64,000 nucleotides of DNA from Paragordius varius (lineage: Eukaryota > Animalia > Nematomorpha). The position numbers and the translations under genes are program-made. This document shows positions 15,710 to 28,381 of this stretch, in pieces. A model generated the notes under the pieces. That model did not search any database and was not told the DNA's origin. It saw only the letters and a list, made by a program, of their open reading frames with translations. How positions within the stretch are numbered: the first letter of the stretch is position 1; each line of letters opens with the position of its first letter. The stretch covers positions 6,634,001-6,698,000 of the forward strand of contig OZ176050.1 of NCBI GenBank assembly GCA_964247055.1, read 5' to 3'.

Positions 15710-16396
15710 AATTGATATATGCATACTGGTCAAAACCTTAAATTTATTTAAATATGGAATTAAAAATTTTTATTATATTTTTATGTCATTAAAATATCAT
15801 ATATTTAAACCGATATGAGTTCATCTTTTTTTATTTGGCGGACTGGCAAAAACAGTGAATTAATGCATTCAAAAACCGCCACGATTTTTTTTCTGGTTTA
15901 AACAAAACCTTAGTAACAGTGCATAGAATAAAAAATAATAATAATTGGTCTAAAATGTAAAGTCTGGCTAATTGAGCCACAACACCATTTGTCTATTAAC
16001 ATTATATAATTAAATCTATCTTAACCAATTTCAGTTAAATTGTTTCATTTTATTCTTGATAGAGATAACTGCATAAATTGATTACACATATTTTTATACC
16101 GGATGAAATTTAACTGTATTTATAAAATTAGGGTGTATGCCAATTGCTAATTACAATTAATTGAACACGATTATTAACAACATATTTTAAATTTAGGTTC
16201 CCCACCATCTCCAACTTCCAATGAATCGCCCGGATATAAATCGAAAAGTAATAAAAGTTATAATAGCGCCAACTTACCAAACAAAACCTCTTCTAACCAG
16301 ATTATATCATTACCACAATCCCCAGAGGGTGTATCAAAACCCACGAAAATGATTGCGCATGAAAAATCATATAAACACATGCACTCTTCGAAATAA
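9029..16396 (+). CDS. Putative 138-aa orphan protein with N-terminal MGC (myristoylation/palmitoylation-type) motif; exons 9029-9101, 15177-15320, 16197-16396
   Basis: Three GC-richer open segments with GT/AG borders and compatible phase 1 junctions give MGCLHSAPVNSIKQPRHKSKIKIK-ITEATSLSSGSEEWQ...VNE-GSPPSPTSNESPG...MHSSK*. I recognise no family, and extra exons may exist. Confidence 0.45.
9577..10081. mobile_element. TTAA-target MITE family B
   Basis: TTAA|CAC start and TTAA end, with inverted subterminal TACCTTTTGGGGT / ACCCCCCAAAAGGTA. Internally similar to 26584-27088 (shared AAAATTGGGACAGCTCCAAA and ATATATCAAGTTTTTGCT). Confidence 0.7.
10805..11282 (+). mobile_element. 5' fragment of the same Helitron-like family
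   Basis: A|TCTATATATTGATAAAAATG 5' terminus (TC after A). Collinear with 2020-2500 and with the reverse complement of 37900-38351, and breaks off in the first internal repeat. Confidence 0.75.
12697..13114. mobile_element. TTAA-target MITE family B, diverged copy (right end approximate)
   Basis: TTAA|CACTTTTTACCTTTTGGGGTA start. The internal CATCTCCAACTCTTTTGCCGCCATTT matches the reverse complement of 26885-26915. Confidence 0.55.
13593..13625. repeat. (TA)n microsatellite
   Basis: Direct TA run; similar runs occur near 15676-15710, 34546-34573, 46199-46223 and 54610-54628. Confidence 0.9.
13626..14100. mobile_element. MITE with ~45-bp terminal inverted repeats
   Basis: CCATTTGCACTTCAAGGGTGTCCTGAACATTTGAAGTTGGTCCTT versus AAGGACCAACTTGAACTGTTCAAGGACACTTTTAAAGCGCAAATGG. 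Confidence 0.65.
14365..14630. mobile_element. GC-richer hAT-like MITE
   Basis: CAGAGGCGTAG ... CTACGCCTCT termini; related sequence near 33260-33340. No target-site duplication recognised. Confidence 0.5.
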
Positions 16397-17482
16397 AGGA
16401 AATGCCTAATCAACACTAAGAGCTCCAATGAAACATTCACCTCACAGGGGGAAAAGCACCAGAATAAATGCTCAAAATTCATAACCCGAAATTTATTTCA
16501 CATAACCCATATATAACTTTAAGTGTAAAAAACAAAGTTTTAACAAAATAAATTATATTATTTATATATATTAATGGGATTAGACAATGAATGTTATTTA
16601 ATATTGATTTACCAATTTTAAGTCAATATATATATATATATATCGGCAAATATTGTCATTAAAACCTTTTTTGTGGACATCAAAGAAAAAAATATTTAGA
16701 AGAAAAAAAGGGTTGATTATAAATATTTATTATGGATGGCGACACGCTTCTGTTTACTGGCCAATCGTATATACATATCAAGGCAAGGTATATTTATTTG
16801 ATTGGTATTTCATGAGAAAATAAATTGATTCCCCCCATAAACAAAGTTGTTTTATACTATATGGGAAATAGCAAAAACTTCCTGTTCGTTTAAGTCCAAT
16901 ATATTTATATATAATATTAGGCTAAATTTTAATAATTTGACTATATAAATTCGGATTTCGGCAACTTACAATCAAAATAGAAAATAAAACTTTACACTAA
17001 CGTAGTTAAATGATAAAATTGATATAACATACAATATATTTAGGCCTAAATTATAATATTATCCACATTTATTATTTTATAACTTTTCAAATCTGATTAA
17101 ATAGAATCGCGATATTATTTTATAATTTATATTACCTGTGATTATATTAAGGGCCATTGTCTCAAAGGTATTTAAAACGATTGAATAGGTATATATCAGG
17201 ACCCCTTCAAGAGGTATAAATTTATCATGAGATATATGTATATAAATAAATTAATACTATTTAAACATATAGGTGCAATCTCCGTTACAATAATGGATAA
17301 TATTACATAATAAAATATTTTTAAACATAAACAACTTAATTAAAAAAGTAGTATTTTATTTCGCAAGATAAAAATTTATTCACAATTAAATTATTCCTAC
17401 CTACATACATATTTATTTATTTTTTCAATTACAATTATTAGTTGTTTGGAATCCTTATAACATACATTTTTTGTGCTTTATT

Positions 17483-20400
17483 ATGGCTTATATAAAAAGG
17501 GCCAAGATAACCTGCATTCCAATTTTAATTTTATCCATTTTTTATTCGCTGATAATTCATTCTCGAGTTTATTGCAAAGTTGTTACTTTCAAAAGTCTCC
17601 ATGACACAATCATAACTGCTCGATGCCAACTAAACTGTTATCAAAAGGTAAGCTTATACAATATTGTTTTAAGCTATTAACAATTTTTTCACCCAAGGTA
17701 AAACTAATGATACTGAATGTATATTATCATGATTATTTCAAAAATATGTTATCAGTGGGCGCATACCAATTCGGGTCTAACTCAATTATTTGACAATTTA
17801 ATACATTTAAAAAGTTTTAAAGCATGCAGACCATGTATGTTATCCACTTTAACGAAAATATTTTTTTTTCAAAATATGTCATTCATTTTATCTATTTGGC
17901 TAGGTTAATATATATTTGTTAAAGTTACATTAAAGGTCCAACAAAAAGTAAGATATATATAATACAATTACTAATCTGGTTTAGTAGAAAATGTATTAAT
18001 ATTTTACTCATGATTATACTAATAGTAGATAGAGATATATATTATTCTCAAGTTTCAATTTAGCTAGGAAAATTCCAGGTTCGATTAATATATTCTGACT
18101 TCATCCAGACACTTTTGAAAAATAAGACAATGTTGTTTTATTTTCGACCTTTATGATATAACTCTTAAACAATATATTTTTATTATATCCATATGAAGAT
18201 TGGTTTGGCTAAGTTTAATTAATAAGAAAACCTAGTTAACACATTTATGCACTAATAATTTAACATTTTTTATATTAATAATCTCGCTCCATCCATTTTT
18301 CGTATCTCATATAATTTAAATAATTAAACCAAGTGTTTTAATATTTCTATTTCCAAGAGAAAAGCTTATTATTTCCTTAAATATATTTTAAATTAAAAAT
18401 TTAGTATGATGATGCCATCGATATCAAGAAGATAGACAATCAGATTGAATCAATAAGGTGTCAAAATGAGACATGTTTTCAGGTAATAATTCACTTATAA
18501 ATCTTGAATGCTTTTTTCCGAATTAGGATTTGTTGTAAATATAATAATTTCTATCCTTAGTGTGTGTTACCATGTCGAACTTACTTTCCTCAATTACAGG
18601 ATTGCTTAGATATTTGCGTAAGAGATTTACTTAAAATAATTAGATTATATGATATATTTTTTTTCAAATACAAACGGTTATTGTGGGTAACGACGAGAGT
18701 TTGTAATGTAATGAAGTTAGAATCGTCGTAAAATAACGCAAAAATAAAAATATAATTTATTAATTCTCAAATTTTCGCCATTTTTATTCATTTTTTTAAT
18801 TTAATTTTTAATTTTTATTTTCTTATATTATATATATTTTGCTTAACTAATCTCCTGATGATGCCTATGGCGAAAATTTGAGAATTAATAAATTATATTT
18901 TTATTTTTGCGTTATTTTACGACGATTCTAACTTCATTACAAACGGTTATATTTGTCATTATTTTAGAATACCGAAGCATGTCAGGATTCATGTAACTTC
19001 TTGATGAAGATATATTATGAGCCAACACAAAAGAGTATTTAATATTTTTACTATATACTTATGTAAATTAATTTACATTTATAATAATAACCTTAAAATA
19101 AACATTATTTAGAAAGTGAATTGTATCGCCTTCAAACCACAAGCCTGACAAACATTTCAGCTAATTCAACTAAAACACATGCCAATCTATTGTGTTACGA
19201 AAAAAGTGATATGATTAAGAAAAACAAAAAATCTATAACCCTAAATATATTTATTAATTGGGAGAATCCATTAAAACTGTTAAATGGAGCAGGGAAATTC
19301 CAAAAAGATCCTCCTTTCATATTTTACATTGTGGAGATGTTATTCAAAAAGCCTGTGTTTTTGAGTCAAAGACTCAAAAAAACCACGCCTACTTTGAATA
19401 ACAATTCAAGCTCTACGGATCCAATCGATTTGCAAGATAAATGGCTCCCTTTGGGAAAAGTAATAACTATTTTTTATTAATTGGCTTCGATCAAAGGCAA
19501 TCACAATATCTTTAATTTTACTATTTTTAGACAACAGTTCAAACGATTGAGATAACCAACATTATACCAGAATATTCTTATAAATACCGTATAACTCCAA
19601 TCACGGTAGACGGTATGGTAGGGGAGCCAATGATATCTCCCAATATAACAATTTCTCGTAATAATTTATATTATTATTTATAATTTGACTTATTTTGAAA
19701 TTCACCGAAAAATTAATTCATTTTATATGTTAAGGGGATTCGCAACAAAAATATTTGCTACATAGATCATCTAAAATTATTCAACTATCTGGTATTAAAT
19801 CTAAGTCACAAATTAAATGAATGTTGTTTATATTAACTATTGCATTTCAATATATCATAATCATTCCATTTTTAGGAAAAGATATTAGTAACCGAAAATT
19901 ATTGCCCCCTCAAAGGTTTATTGAAACCACATTCCAGTACATAAATGAAAAGACACTAAATGCAATAATTGAGTGGGAGGGATCTCAATCACACAATTGT
20001 CATTATACATTTTATTGGTTCCCCTTAAATCAAAGACTTGATGAACTTGGTGTAGTTGCGGATTATGAAACAAAAAAATTTAATTTGGTAATCAATATTT
20101 TTGAAATCAGTTTTTTTATGAAAGTTTTAGAATAATATATTATATTGTATTTCTTTAGCCTGGAAAGATTTTAAAGCTTGCAACAATAATGTATGATACC
20201 GAATATGCCATTGAAAGTAGATCCAATTCTCCTGACGGGCTTAAAGAAAGTGATGTTAAAAGATTCATCATAAAAACCCCAAAATGTACGGAGCTCACCA
20301 ATTTTGATTACGATAAATGCAGTAAGTATCACAGTTTTATTAACATGAATTTTAAAGGTCTATTACATAAATTATATGTAAATACTTAATGGTTTATTAA

Positions 20401-23400
20401 GTACGCACAAAATTTAACACATCACATTACCTTTTGGGGTTTGTTTCCCAGAGCAATAATTTCATATCTTAAGAAGTATTTGAGATATTTGGTCTTTAAA
20501 AATATGCATTATTTACTCTTTTTGGCGCATGATTCAATAATAAATCCTCATCTTTACCCTTTTTACCGCCCATTGGTGTTGAATCGCTAACAGCAGGAAA
20601 ATAAATGCATGTTGTAGTTAAATAGATTAATGGTGTTAAAGTTTTTTTTATTTTTAAAGCAAATTAATCGATTTCAAAATTGTCGCTATTTTTTTAATAT
20701 TTTGAACCTCGAATTTTCGACTTTAAAAGATGTAAGACTGAAAAATAATTAATTATCTAATATGGAAGAAAAATATTTAATAATTAAAATTTAATCAAAA
20801 CAAAATAGTTTACAAATTTAAGCTCTCGGGTACAAAATGCAAAAATATAGTTGTCTCTAAATAAATGAAATGCAATGAGTTAAAAGGTAAAATATAATAT
20901 AATATAATAACAACTATATTTAAGCCATATTTTTATCAACAGTTCCGGAAATTCGCAATTTCGAGTTTAAATTTTTCCTCAATGATTCTCCAATGCCAAA
21001 AAACTTGACCTCAAAATCCAACACCACGATGGCCCAATCGACATTTAAGGTGGGGACAATTACTGTTTTTGTAACTTGGGATGTACCTGGATCACAAAAC
21101 AAAATATCTCAAATAATTATAACTATAAGGATAATGGCCACAGAATCTCCAAACGATACTTTCAAACACCATTTAACCAATGTAAATACTTAATTATATT
21201 TATCATGAAATATTTTGAGGATACCATAGATAACTATTTTAATTGCAATCAATGTAGAATTATACATATTACAATATTGATGGTTTGGATTCAAATGTAA
21301 AATACTGCATTGTCATTTCTGCAACCTCAAAAGCAGGAATAGGATATTCTCCTCGGAAATGCTTTCAAACCCCATCACTACCTACAACAAACAGCAATCA
21401 GAATAAAAATGTTCAAAATATGACGTATTTTGAGGAACCACAGAGTATATTTTTTGATTGAAATTGATTTCTCCCATTTTATATTTTTTAGCCATAATTA
21501 TTCACCCAAAATATATTATTTATATATTAGGACAAAATTATATTTGGCAAACACTAATCGCTACTTTATCCATCATATTTGTTTTGGTAATTCTAATCAT
21601 GTCACTTTGTGTATGGAAAAAAATCAAATTTAGCCGAACCAAGGTAAAAATATTATTATTATTTTTTCAAAATTGATACAAATAGTGTTTAAGAAAAATT
21701 TATAAAAATTTACACACTTTTTTAGCCTCAAATATTGCCAATGTTAACCAATAGCTTTTATGGGACATCTTTTACTCATAAATCATCAAATCTCAGGAGT
21801 CAAGATATTGAGACTTATTGGAAGTTGCTCAATCAAAAATATCACCCAGTGTTGCCCGATGATTCGGAATACGCAACGTGTGATTTCTTAAATACCATCA
21901 AACATATTGATTGGAAGAAAATCTCTCTTGGACTAGAAATTGGTGCCGGGGCTTTTGGAAAGGTTCTGAAAGCTACTATAAAACATGAACCGTTAAAACA
22001 AAAAAGATTAATGCCTAAAAAAGGCGTTTATAGTAATAATGATAAAAATAATGCGTCCAAGACCAAAGAATGCGCCGTTAAAATCTTGAAAGGTAGGTGA
22101 TGGCGTTTAATGATGTGTAATTTCATTTTTTATTAAAAGAATTTTGTGTAAATATTAGGACATTTATATAAGTAAAAATCAAATTTTTGTTATCAATAAT
22201 TAACATATAAATTATTTTTGATAATTTTGTATAAAGGTATTAATATATCATGATCCTTTTTATTCGGGTTTTTGGTCCGCATTTATTTGTAATCATCATC
22301 ACATTTGTTATTATTGACTAGTAAAATATTAACCAGTACCCAATGATAAATAAAATGCCATTTTTTAACACAAATTTTATTATATCTGATATATTACATG
22401 ATTTTTTTCGGATGTTTAGATACCCACACAGAGGAAGATCTAAGAAGTTTGTTGGAAGAGATTTGGATATTGGGTTTAATTGGAGAACACCCTAACATTG
22501 TCAACCTACTTGGGTACAGTTGTGATCATCGTTTAGCTGCTATCATGGAATATTGTGAAAAGGGGAATCTATTACATTATCTCAAGCAATTTGACTCCAT
22601 TGAAGAGGTATGTATTTAAAAAAATACCTACCACCCTTTTTACATATTAAGTTAACTTAAATGATCTGTAAAATAATATATTTTATAGATAAGCATGCCA
22701 TTAGACTTAAAACTCATGTTGACTGAGGGATATTGCACCTATGATGTGAAAAGAAAATCCTCTGACTCCGATGACAGTGGCATACGAGATCTTAGCAAAA
22801 AAGGTAATTATTAAATTTGAGGTTGAAATCATTTTTTAATAACAATAAGTATGTTTTTAATTAAATAGATGAAGAAACCGAATTTTATGACAACAAACGC
22901 CTCTCATTCTATCGAATTATCACTATTGCCAAACAAATTGCTTCTGGAATGGTAATTAAATTGCTAACCCATTTATTTATTTAACATTTTATACATAGTT
23001 TAACTTTTTTTTATACGATTCATAGGAACATATATCATTTAAAAAAATGATACATCGAGATTTAGCTGCTCGCAATATTTTGGTCTGTAAGAACGGAACA
23101 ATAAAAATATCCGATTTCGGGCTTGCACGTGATATTTATCAAAAAAGTTCGTATATGAAAAATTCTTCTGGAAAGGTTCCAATCAAATGGATGGCCCCTG
23201 AGTCATTATTACGCAATACGTATACATCGATGAGTGATGTGTAAGTTGATGCAAATATATTTTTATATTAAATAAGGGTTTTTTTTATTTTATATCTTTC
23301 TAATTTTATTGTTAGCTGGTCTTATGGTATCATATTATGGGAATTGGTAACGTTAGGAGCCATGCCCTATCCTGGAATATCTCACTGCAAACTAATGAGT

Positions 23401-23638
23401 TTTTTGGAAGCCGGGTACCGAATGCCAAAACCCGAGAAATGCCCCATGTTTATGTAAACTTTAAAATTTATTATTATTATAATAATATATGATTATTCTC
23501 TTTATTGATATTTCGATAATAATATTTATTAATTTTAGCTACAAAATAATGATAAAATGCTGGGATATAAACCCTGGGAATCGACCCAATTTCACCACCC
23601 TTCGCAGTGCCTGGGAAAATGCCATGAAACATTTGTAA
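17483..23638 (+). CDS. Receptor tyrosine kinase, ~986 aa: signal peptide, Cys-rich N-terminal domain, FN3-like repeats, TM, split kinase (Torso/Ret/FGFR-like). 18 exons: 17483-17647, 18405-18482, 18561-18617, 18968-19034, 19113-19459, 19531-19657, 19876-20087, 20159-20321, 20943-21181, 21258-21444, 21531-21643, 21726-22092, 22420-22607, 22689-22803, 22869-22951, 23026-23240, 23316-23453, 23539-23638
   Basis: All 17 junctions are GT-AG and phase-compatible (2961 nt total). Kinase motifs: [69 protein letters not shown]...RPNF. TM segment [24 protein letters not shown]3-type strands [11 protein letters not shown] and [11 protein letters not shown]. Confidence 0.92.
18682..18940. mobile_element. 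Short Penelope-like (PLE) insertion with inverted terminal segment, in RTK intron 3
   Basis: A 13-bp direct repeat TACAAACGGTTAT flanks it (18669-18681 and 18938-18950). A perfect 73-bp inverted repeat spans 18708-18780 / 18868-18940. It contains a CTGATGA...GAAA hammerhead core, as known for PLE pseudo-LTRs. Confidence 0.6.
18851..18883 (+). ncRNA. Minimal type I hammerhead ribozyme motif (activity unknown)
   Basis: TCTC-CTGATGA-T-GCC-TAT-GGC-GAAA-ATTT-GAGA: stem I TCTC/GAGA, stem II GCC/GGC, palindromic AATT as a dimer-type stem III, and cleavage triplet UUU. Confidence 0.5.
20418..20879. mobile_element. TTAA-target MITE family B copy in RTK intron 8
   Basis: TTAA|CAC...TTACCTTTTGGGGT start and TTAA at the right end. 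Shares the AAGCTCTCGGGTACAAAA motif with 3735-3755 and 13045-13065. Confidence 0.55.
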
Positions 23639-24528
23639 AATCCAAAAACCCATATTAACACTCGTTACCGTGAGAAGTATGGTGGTAGCCAAAAGTAAGG
23701 CACTAATTAAAACCGTGTGCTGTCCAAAACTAATTGTCTCCAGGCTCGATAAATATCCTTATGTAAATATGATTGATTGTATTTAAGAATAAATTTATTG
23801 CATTGTTAATTGCACATTAATTTTCATAAAGCAGGGGCTAAAAAATTAAATTTACACGTGTAAAATACCGGTATATTCAAACTCTAATATACGTATTATA
23901 AATATATTTTGGTCAATATATGTATACCTTGACTTAAAGTATCTATATAATATTAGGTAGGAAATATAATACTTTCTGCAATATCCCTAAGTTCGGATGC
24001 ATAAGTGTCTAAAATGTTAGCATAAAAATAATTTTTTAAAAACGCTGTAAAATTACTAAATTTCACAACAACTAGCGGAATTATATATGGAAAACATGCA
24101 CTCCTTTCCCTACTCCAAAAAAGAAGGGTTTTTTGCACGCGTAAGCGGTAGCAGGTCCACCATATTCAAAAATGTTTTAACCACTTTACATTATTAATTT
24201 AAGTGGATTTACAAATAAAGAAAGTTAAATAGTTTATAGTTTTTATTTAAGAGAAATAGTTATATAGTTACCGAGATTCAGGGGCTCTAGTTATAAAATA
24301 GGTTAAAAATATCCAAAAAATAGATAGATGAAAAATTAGCATATTGTTTAAATAATTTGTAAAATTTTTCATATGTGCTTTTTACCCTAATTCTATTTTC
24401 ATTAAAATCCGAACTGATGACTTACCTATATCTTCCACTAAAATTTTTAAACAATAATATATTTATATAATCTATTTATTTACTTTAACCATTTATAATC
24501 TTTGATTATTTAATTTTATGCCTGCATA

Positions 24529-25565
24529 TTAAATGTAGTCATAAGTAAGCAGTTTGGTAAAAATGTTATTTTGAAAGGAATCAATTATTTATTTCATTCA
24601 AAATATACGTAGGCTTCCACACCTTTCGCTTCTCTCTCAGGTAATATAGGGCCGTGCCTGGTATAAATGATTGTCTTTTGCTAAAAATCAATTATCAAAC
24701 TATTTTCTAAATTTTTCGAAATTATTGAAGTGCTCTGCGAGGGTGTTCCCCATTGATGTGAAGTTGTATTAGTCAGATGGTGTCAGTTTAGGAGATTGCG
24801 AAAGTTTCCATCGAAGCGATTTCAAGATGCATTTTAGTGGTTTTGCCGTGTGAGACGCTATCAAGCAAAACAACTTTGCCATGTCATTGGCCTATTCAGG
24901 TCGTTTTTTATTTATTGGCTTAGCAGTTTCGAGTTTCAAACGTTTGAAATACGCAACGCTATGGCCCAGCAAGACACAGAGCATGGTATTTTTGACGAAA
25001 GGATTTGGAGTTGTTGATCCAGCCTGGCAAGGTAAAAACTACGATTTTTTTGCTTTGGATTTACAAAATAAAGTCATTTCTCATAATCCGTCATAAATCG
25101 ATGCAAAAATGATTCCTTTTCTTAACGTTTAAACAGGCTTTCACAAGTTAATTTTTATTCGACATTTGTTCTAACTGTGTGGGACCCATTTAGTGAGTTT
25201 TTTTTCTCATTTCTAGTGGGACGTCTACTTATTGTTTTTGAAATACTTGTAAACCAACTGTTGTTAAGTTTAGTCATCCTAATAACTCTTGCACTTTGAG
25301 TCTTCGTAGTTGTGTGATCTACCAGAGCCACTATATGTTTCTGCCAACAAACGATTACTTTAAACAGCCCTTTTCTTCTAATATTTGTGCCGCAAATGTA
25401 CTTTTTTAGGCATAAAATTCGAGATGATTGCAGATTGATAAAAACAAAACGTTAGCTTTTGGCGAACCCAATTCGTAAGTTTGTGTCGTTTAATATCAGA
25501 TGATGTGTCAAATTAATCGTCTGCCAACTTTTCGCTGATGTCCAATAACTTAAAACTACACCTAG
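24529..25565 (-). pseudogene. Fossil mariner (Tc1/mariner, Mos1-like) transposon with degenerate transposase
   Basis: Minus-strand remnants with stops and frameshifts: SNFMPKKVHLRH, RLLAETY, WVPH, CESLFKR*EKESFLHRFMTDYEK, NPK, MLCV, SPKLTPSD*Y...SMGNTLAEHFNNFEK, LPERE. Degenerate TA-flanked TIRs TTAAATGTAGTCATAAGT and CTAGGTGTAGTTTTAAGT. Shorter than a full-length element. Confidence 0.85.
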
Positions 25566-26583
25566 TATATTCAATCAATAAATTATTTCTAACCAAAAAT
25601 CAAATGATTGAAAAAACCTAAACGGTTAAAAAAATTCCTATTTTGAATCCGTTTTTGATGAATGAAAAAAAACTAATAAAAATTATAATTACACTACGAC
25701 TACTTATCGTAAATGTATTTCATCCATCCATGCACATGAATAAATATTTACCATGATTAATAATTATGGGTTCATCGTTTAAAATCCTTTCGAAATCCGT
25801 TCTACTTTGTATTGATGGAACACTTTCGTCCAAATTCAAATCTAAATAATAAATAAATTTATGATTAATTCATATTATCAAAATCTTCCATTCAATGGTA
25901 GCCAATAAATAGAAATAATATCTATAATAGTAGGTTTTATTATAAAATTGTTATTTAAGCTAGCAAAATAAGATGAATTTACAAATGACTTTTATAATAT
26001 ATAAATTTAAGGGTTTATTTTTATGCAGGAAATCCACAACTCGTTAACCGTATTTTAACCGAATAAGATTTGTGTGCCATAAGTGAATTTCCACAATTTA
26101 AAATAGATCTAAGTTCATTTCATTTCATGCATCAATATTTATAAGCTTAAAATTTAAAAAAGAAGAGAATTTCTAATTATTTTTAATAATTTATTTTAAC
26201 ATTTTACTTGTATATTTTAAAAGTTAGGGTTACTATAGCCTAACAATCGCACTCTCTATATCAAAAATAGCTTATTGGATAGTAATTATCATACAATTTT
26301 ATTCAAGTTCATTTTTAATCTAAATAAAATCATCAATCTGAAATTTAATAGGTTGAGATTGTTTAAATCAAGGTAAATAGACAAAAAAATTAATATATAT
26401 GTTATAATAATATATACTTTCATGTAAATATGCCCGTAATTCATCTATATATAATTTGGAGTCTAACCAATCTCATTCCCAGTTTCATCCAAATCTAAAA
26501 ATATATTAAAAAATCAAATGTAAATAAAAAAGTATGGACACTATCATATTTTTTTAAAAAAAGGATGTAATAAATGTACTCAA

Positions 26584-27088
26584 CACCTTTTCACTTTTTG
26601 TCTTAGTATTTTGGGGTAGTTTTATTTCCACTTTTAAAAGTTCAATTTATCAAACATTTCAATTAGATAAAAAGTTTGTATTTTTACAGTTTTGTGACTT
26701 CTAAAGTCTAAAATTGGGACAGCTCCAAAACATGATTCAAACGAACAGTTGATATTAAAATCAAAATATATCAAGTTTTTGCTATAAAATGTAGCCTGAA
26801 ACCTTTTAAAATTAATTTTTCACATCTAACCATAATATACATTTATTTGTCTGTTGCATTGGCGATTTATCAAAACTTACAGAAAGAAATGGCGGCGAAA
26901 AAGTTTGAGATGAGGATGTTTTTACAATATTATATTTTTTTAAAGAAATATTTTTGTATAATACACCCAAAAGGCAAAAGAAAATATTTTTAAATTCGGC
27001 TTTATATTTTTAAATATTCAAATTCAAATCGCTCTGTATAAAATACCCCAAAAGGTCTTATGGTATTGTATAAAATTAATTTTTTAAG
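26584..27088. mobile_element. TTAA-target MITE family B copy
   Basis: Collinear with 9577-10081; TTAA at the right end. Confidence 0.65.
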
Positions 27089-27143
27089 TTAACTTAATAA
27101 ATTAATTAGTACGGATATATATATATAATATATATTATATATA

Positions 27144-28381
27144 CACTGTGAAAAATTTTTAACGAAAAATTTTTTTTTCATGAGATAGCTTATGACCAGC
27201 GTATTCATATGATTTGTTTGACAACTTGGTTAATATTGAGAGAAAATCAAAATCGGGCAAAAAGTGAAAATTAAGGATAATTCAAAAAGTAATGATAAAA
27301 TTTGAAATATTATGGTTTATTATCATTTTAGGAGATATTTTCAATATATAAATAGCCTAAAATCATATAGTTTAAGTTTCTATGAAATTTCTGGTCAAAA
27401 GATGGCGTTTTTCTTTTGTCACACTTAAAAGAAAAAATAAATTTAATGAAACTATATTAAAATATTTTTTTCAAATTATTTACTACCTAAACTCACTATT
27501 AAAATCTTAACATATTCAGTAAAATAAACTTCTATATCAAAATAAAACCAAAAATATTGTTTTTTATTTTTGCATTTTTTTGTCATCTGGTATATGAGTA
27601 TATAAAAAATTTATACCGTTTTATTTTGGATTCTTACATGATTAGGAATTATTAAGTATATAATTTATAAAAAATTGGATTTAAAAAAAGTGGAATAATA
27701 ACCAAAAAATCCTTACAATTTCCTCTAACAAGTCTGTTTTATGAAAAATTAATATTTGTATTGGGATTTGTACGGATAGTTGGTATTTTACTAATTAATC
27801 CCATTTTGCATAAATTATATACGTAATAATTCCTAATCATGTAAGAATCCAAAATAAAACAGTATAAATTTTTTATACACTCATAAACCAGATGACAAAA
27901 AAATGCAAAAATAAAAAACATTATTTTTGGTTTTATTTTGATATAGAAGTTATTTTACTGGATAAAATATGAATGTTAAGATTTTAATAGTGAGTTTAGG
28001 TAGTAAGTAATTTAAAAAAATTATTTTAATATAGTTTCATTAAATATATTTTGTCTTTTAAGTGTGACAAAAGAAAAACGCCATCTTTTGACCAGAAATT
28101 TCATAGAAACTCAAAAATATTCGATTTTAGGCTATTTATATATTGAAAATATCTCCTAAAATGATAATAAACCATAATATTTCAAATTTTATCATTATTT
28201 TTTGAATTATCCTTAATTATCCTTAATTTTCACTTTTTCCCGATTTCGATTTTCTCTATTTCGAAAACTAGGTTGTCAACAAATAAAATTTTTTGCGGCA
28301 AATGAATAGACTGGTCATAAGCTATCTCATGAAAAAAAATTTTTCGTTAAATCAAAATGACCCTCTTTTTTGCACACAGTG
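27144..28381. mobile_element. Complete ~1.24-kb fold-back element, almost entirely palindromic
   Basis: TA|CACTGTG ... CACAGTG termini. The arms mirror each other over ~550 bp (e.g. TCATGAGATAGCTTATGACCAG / CTGGTCATAAGCTATCTCATGA). No ORF. Confidence 0.85.
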
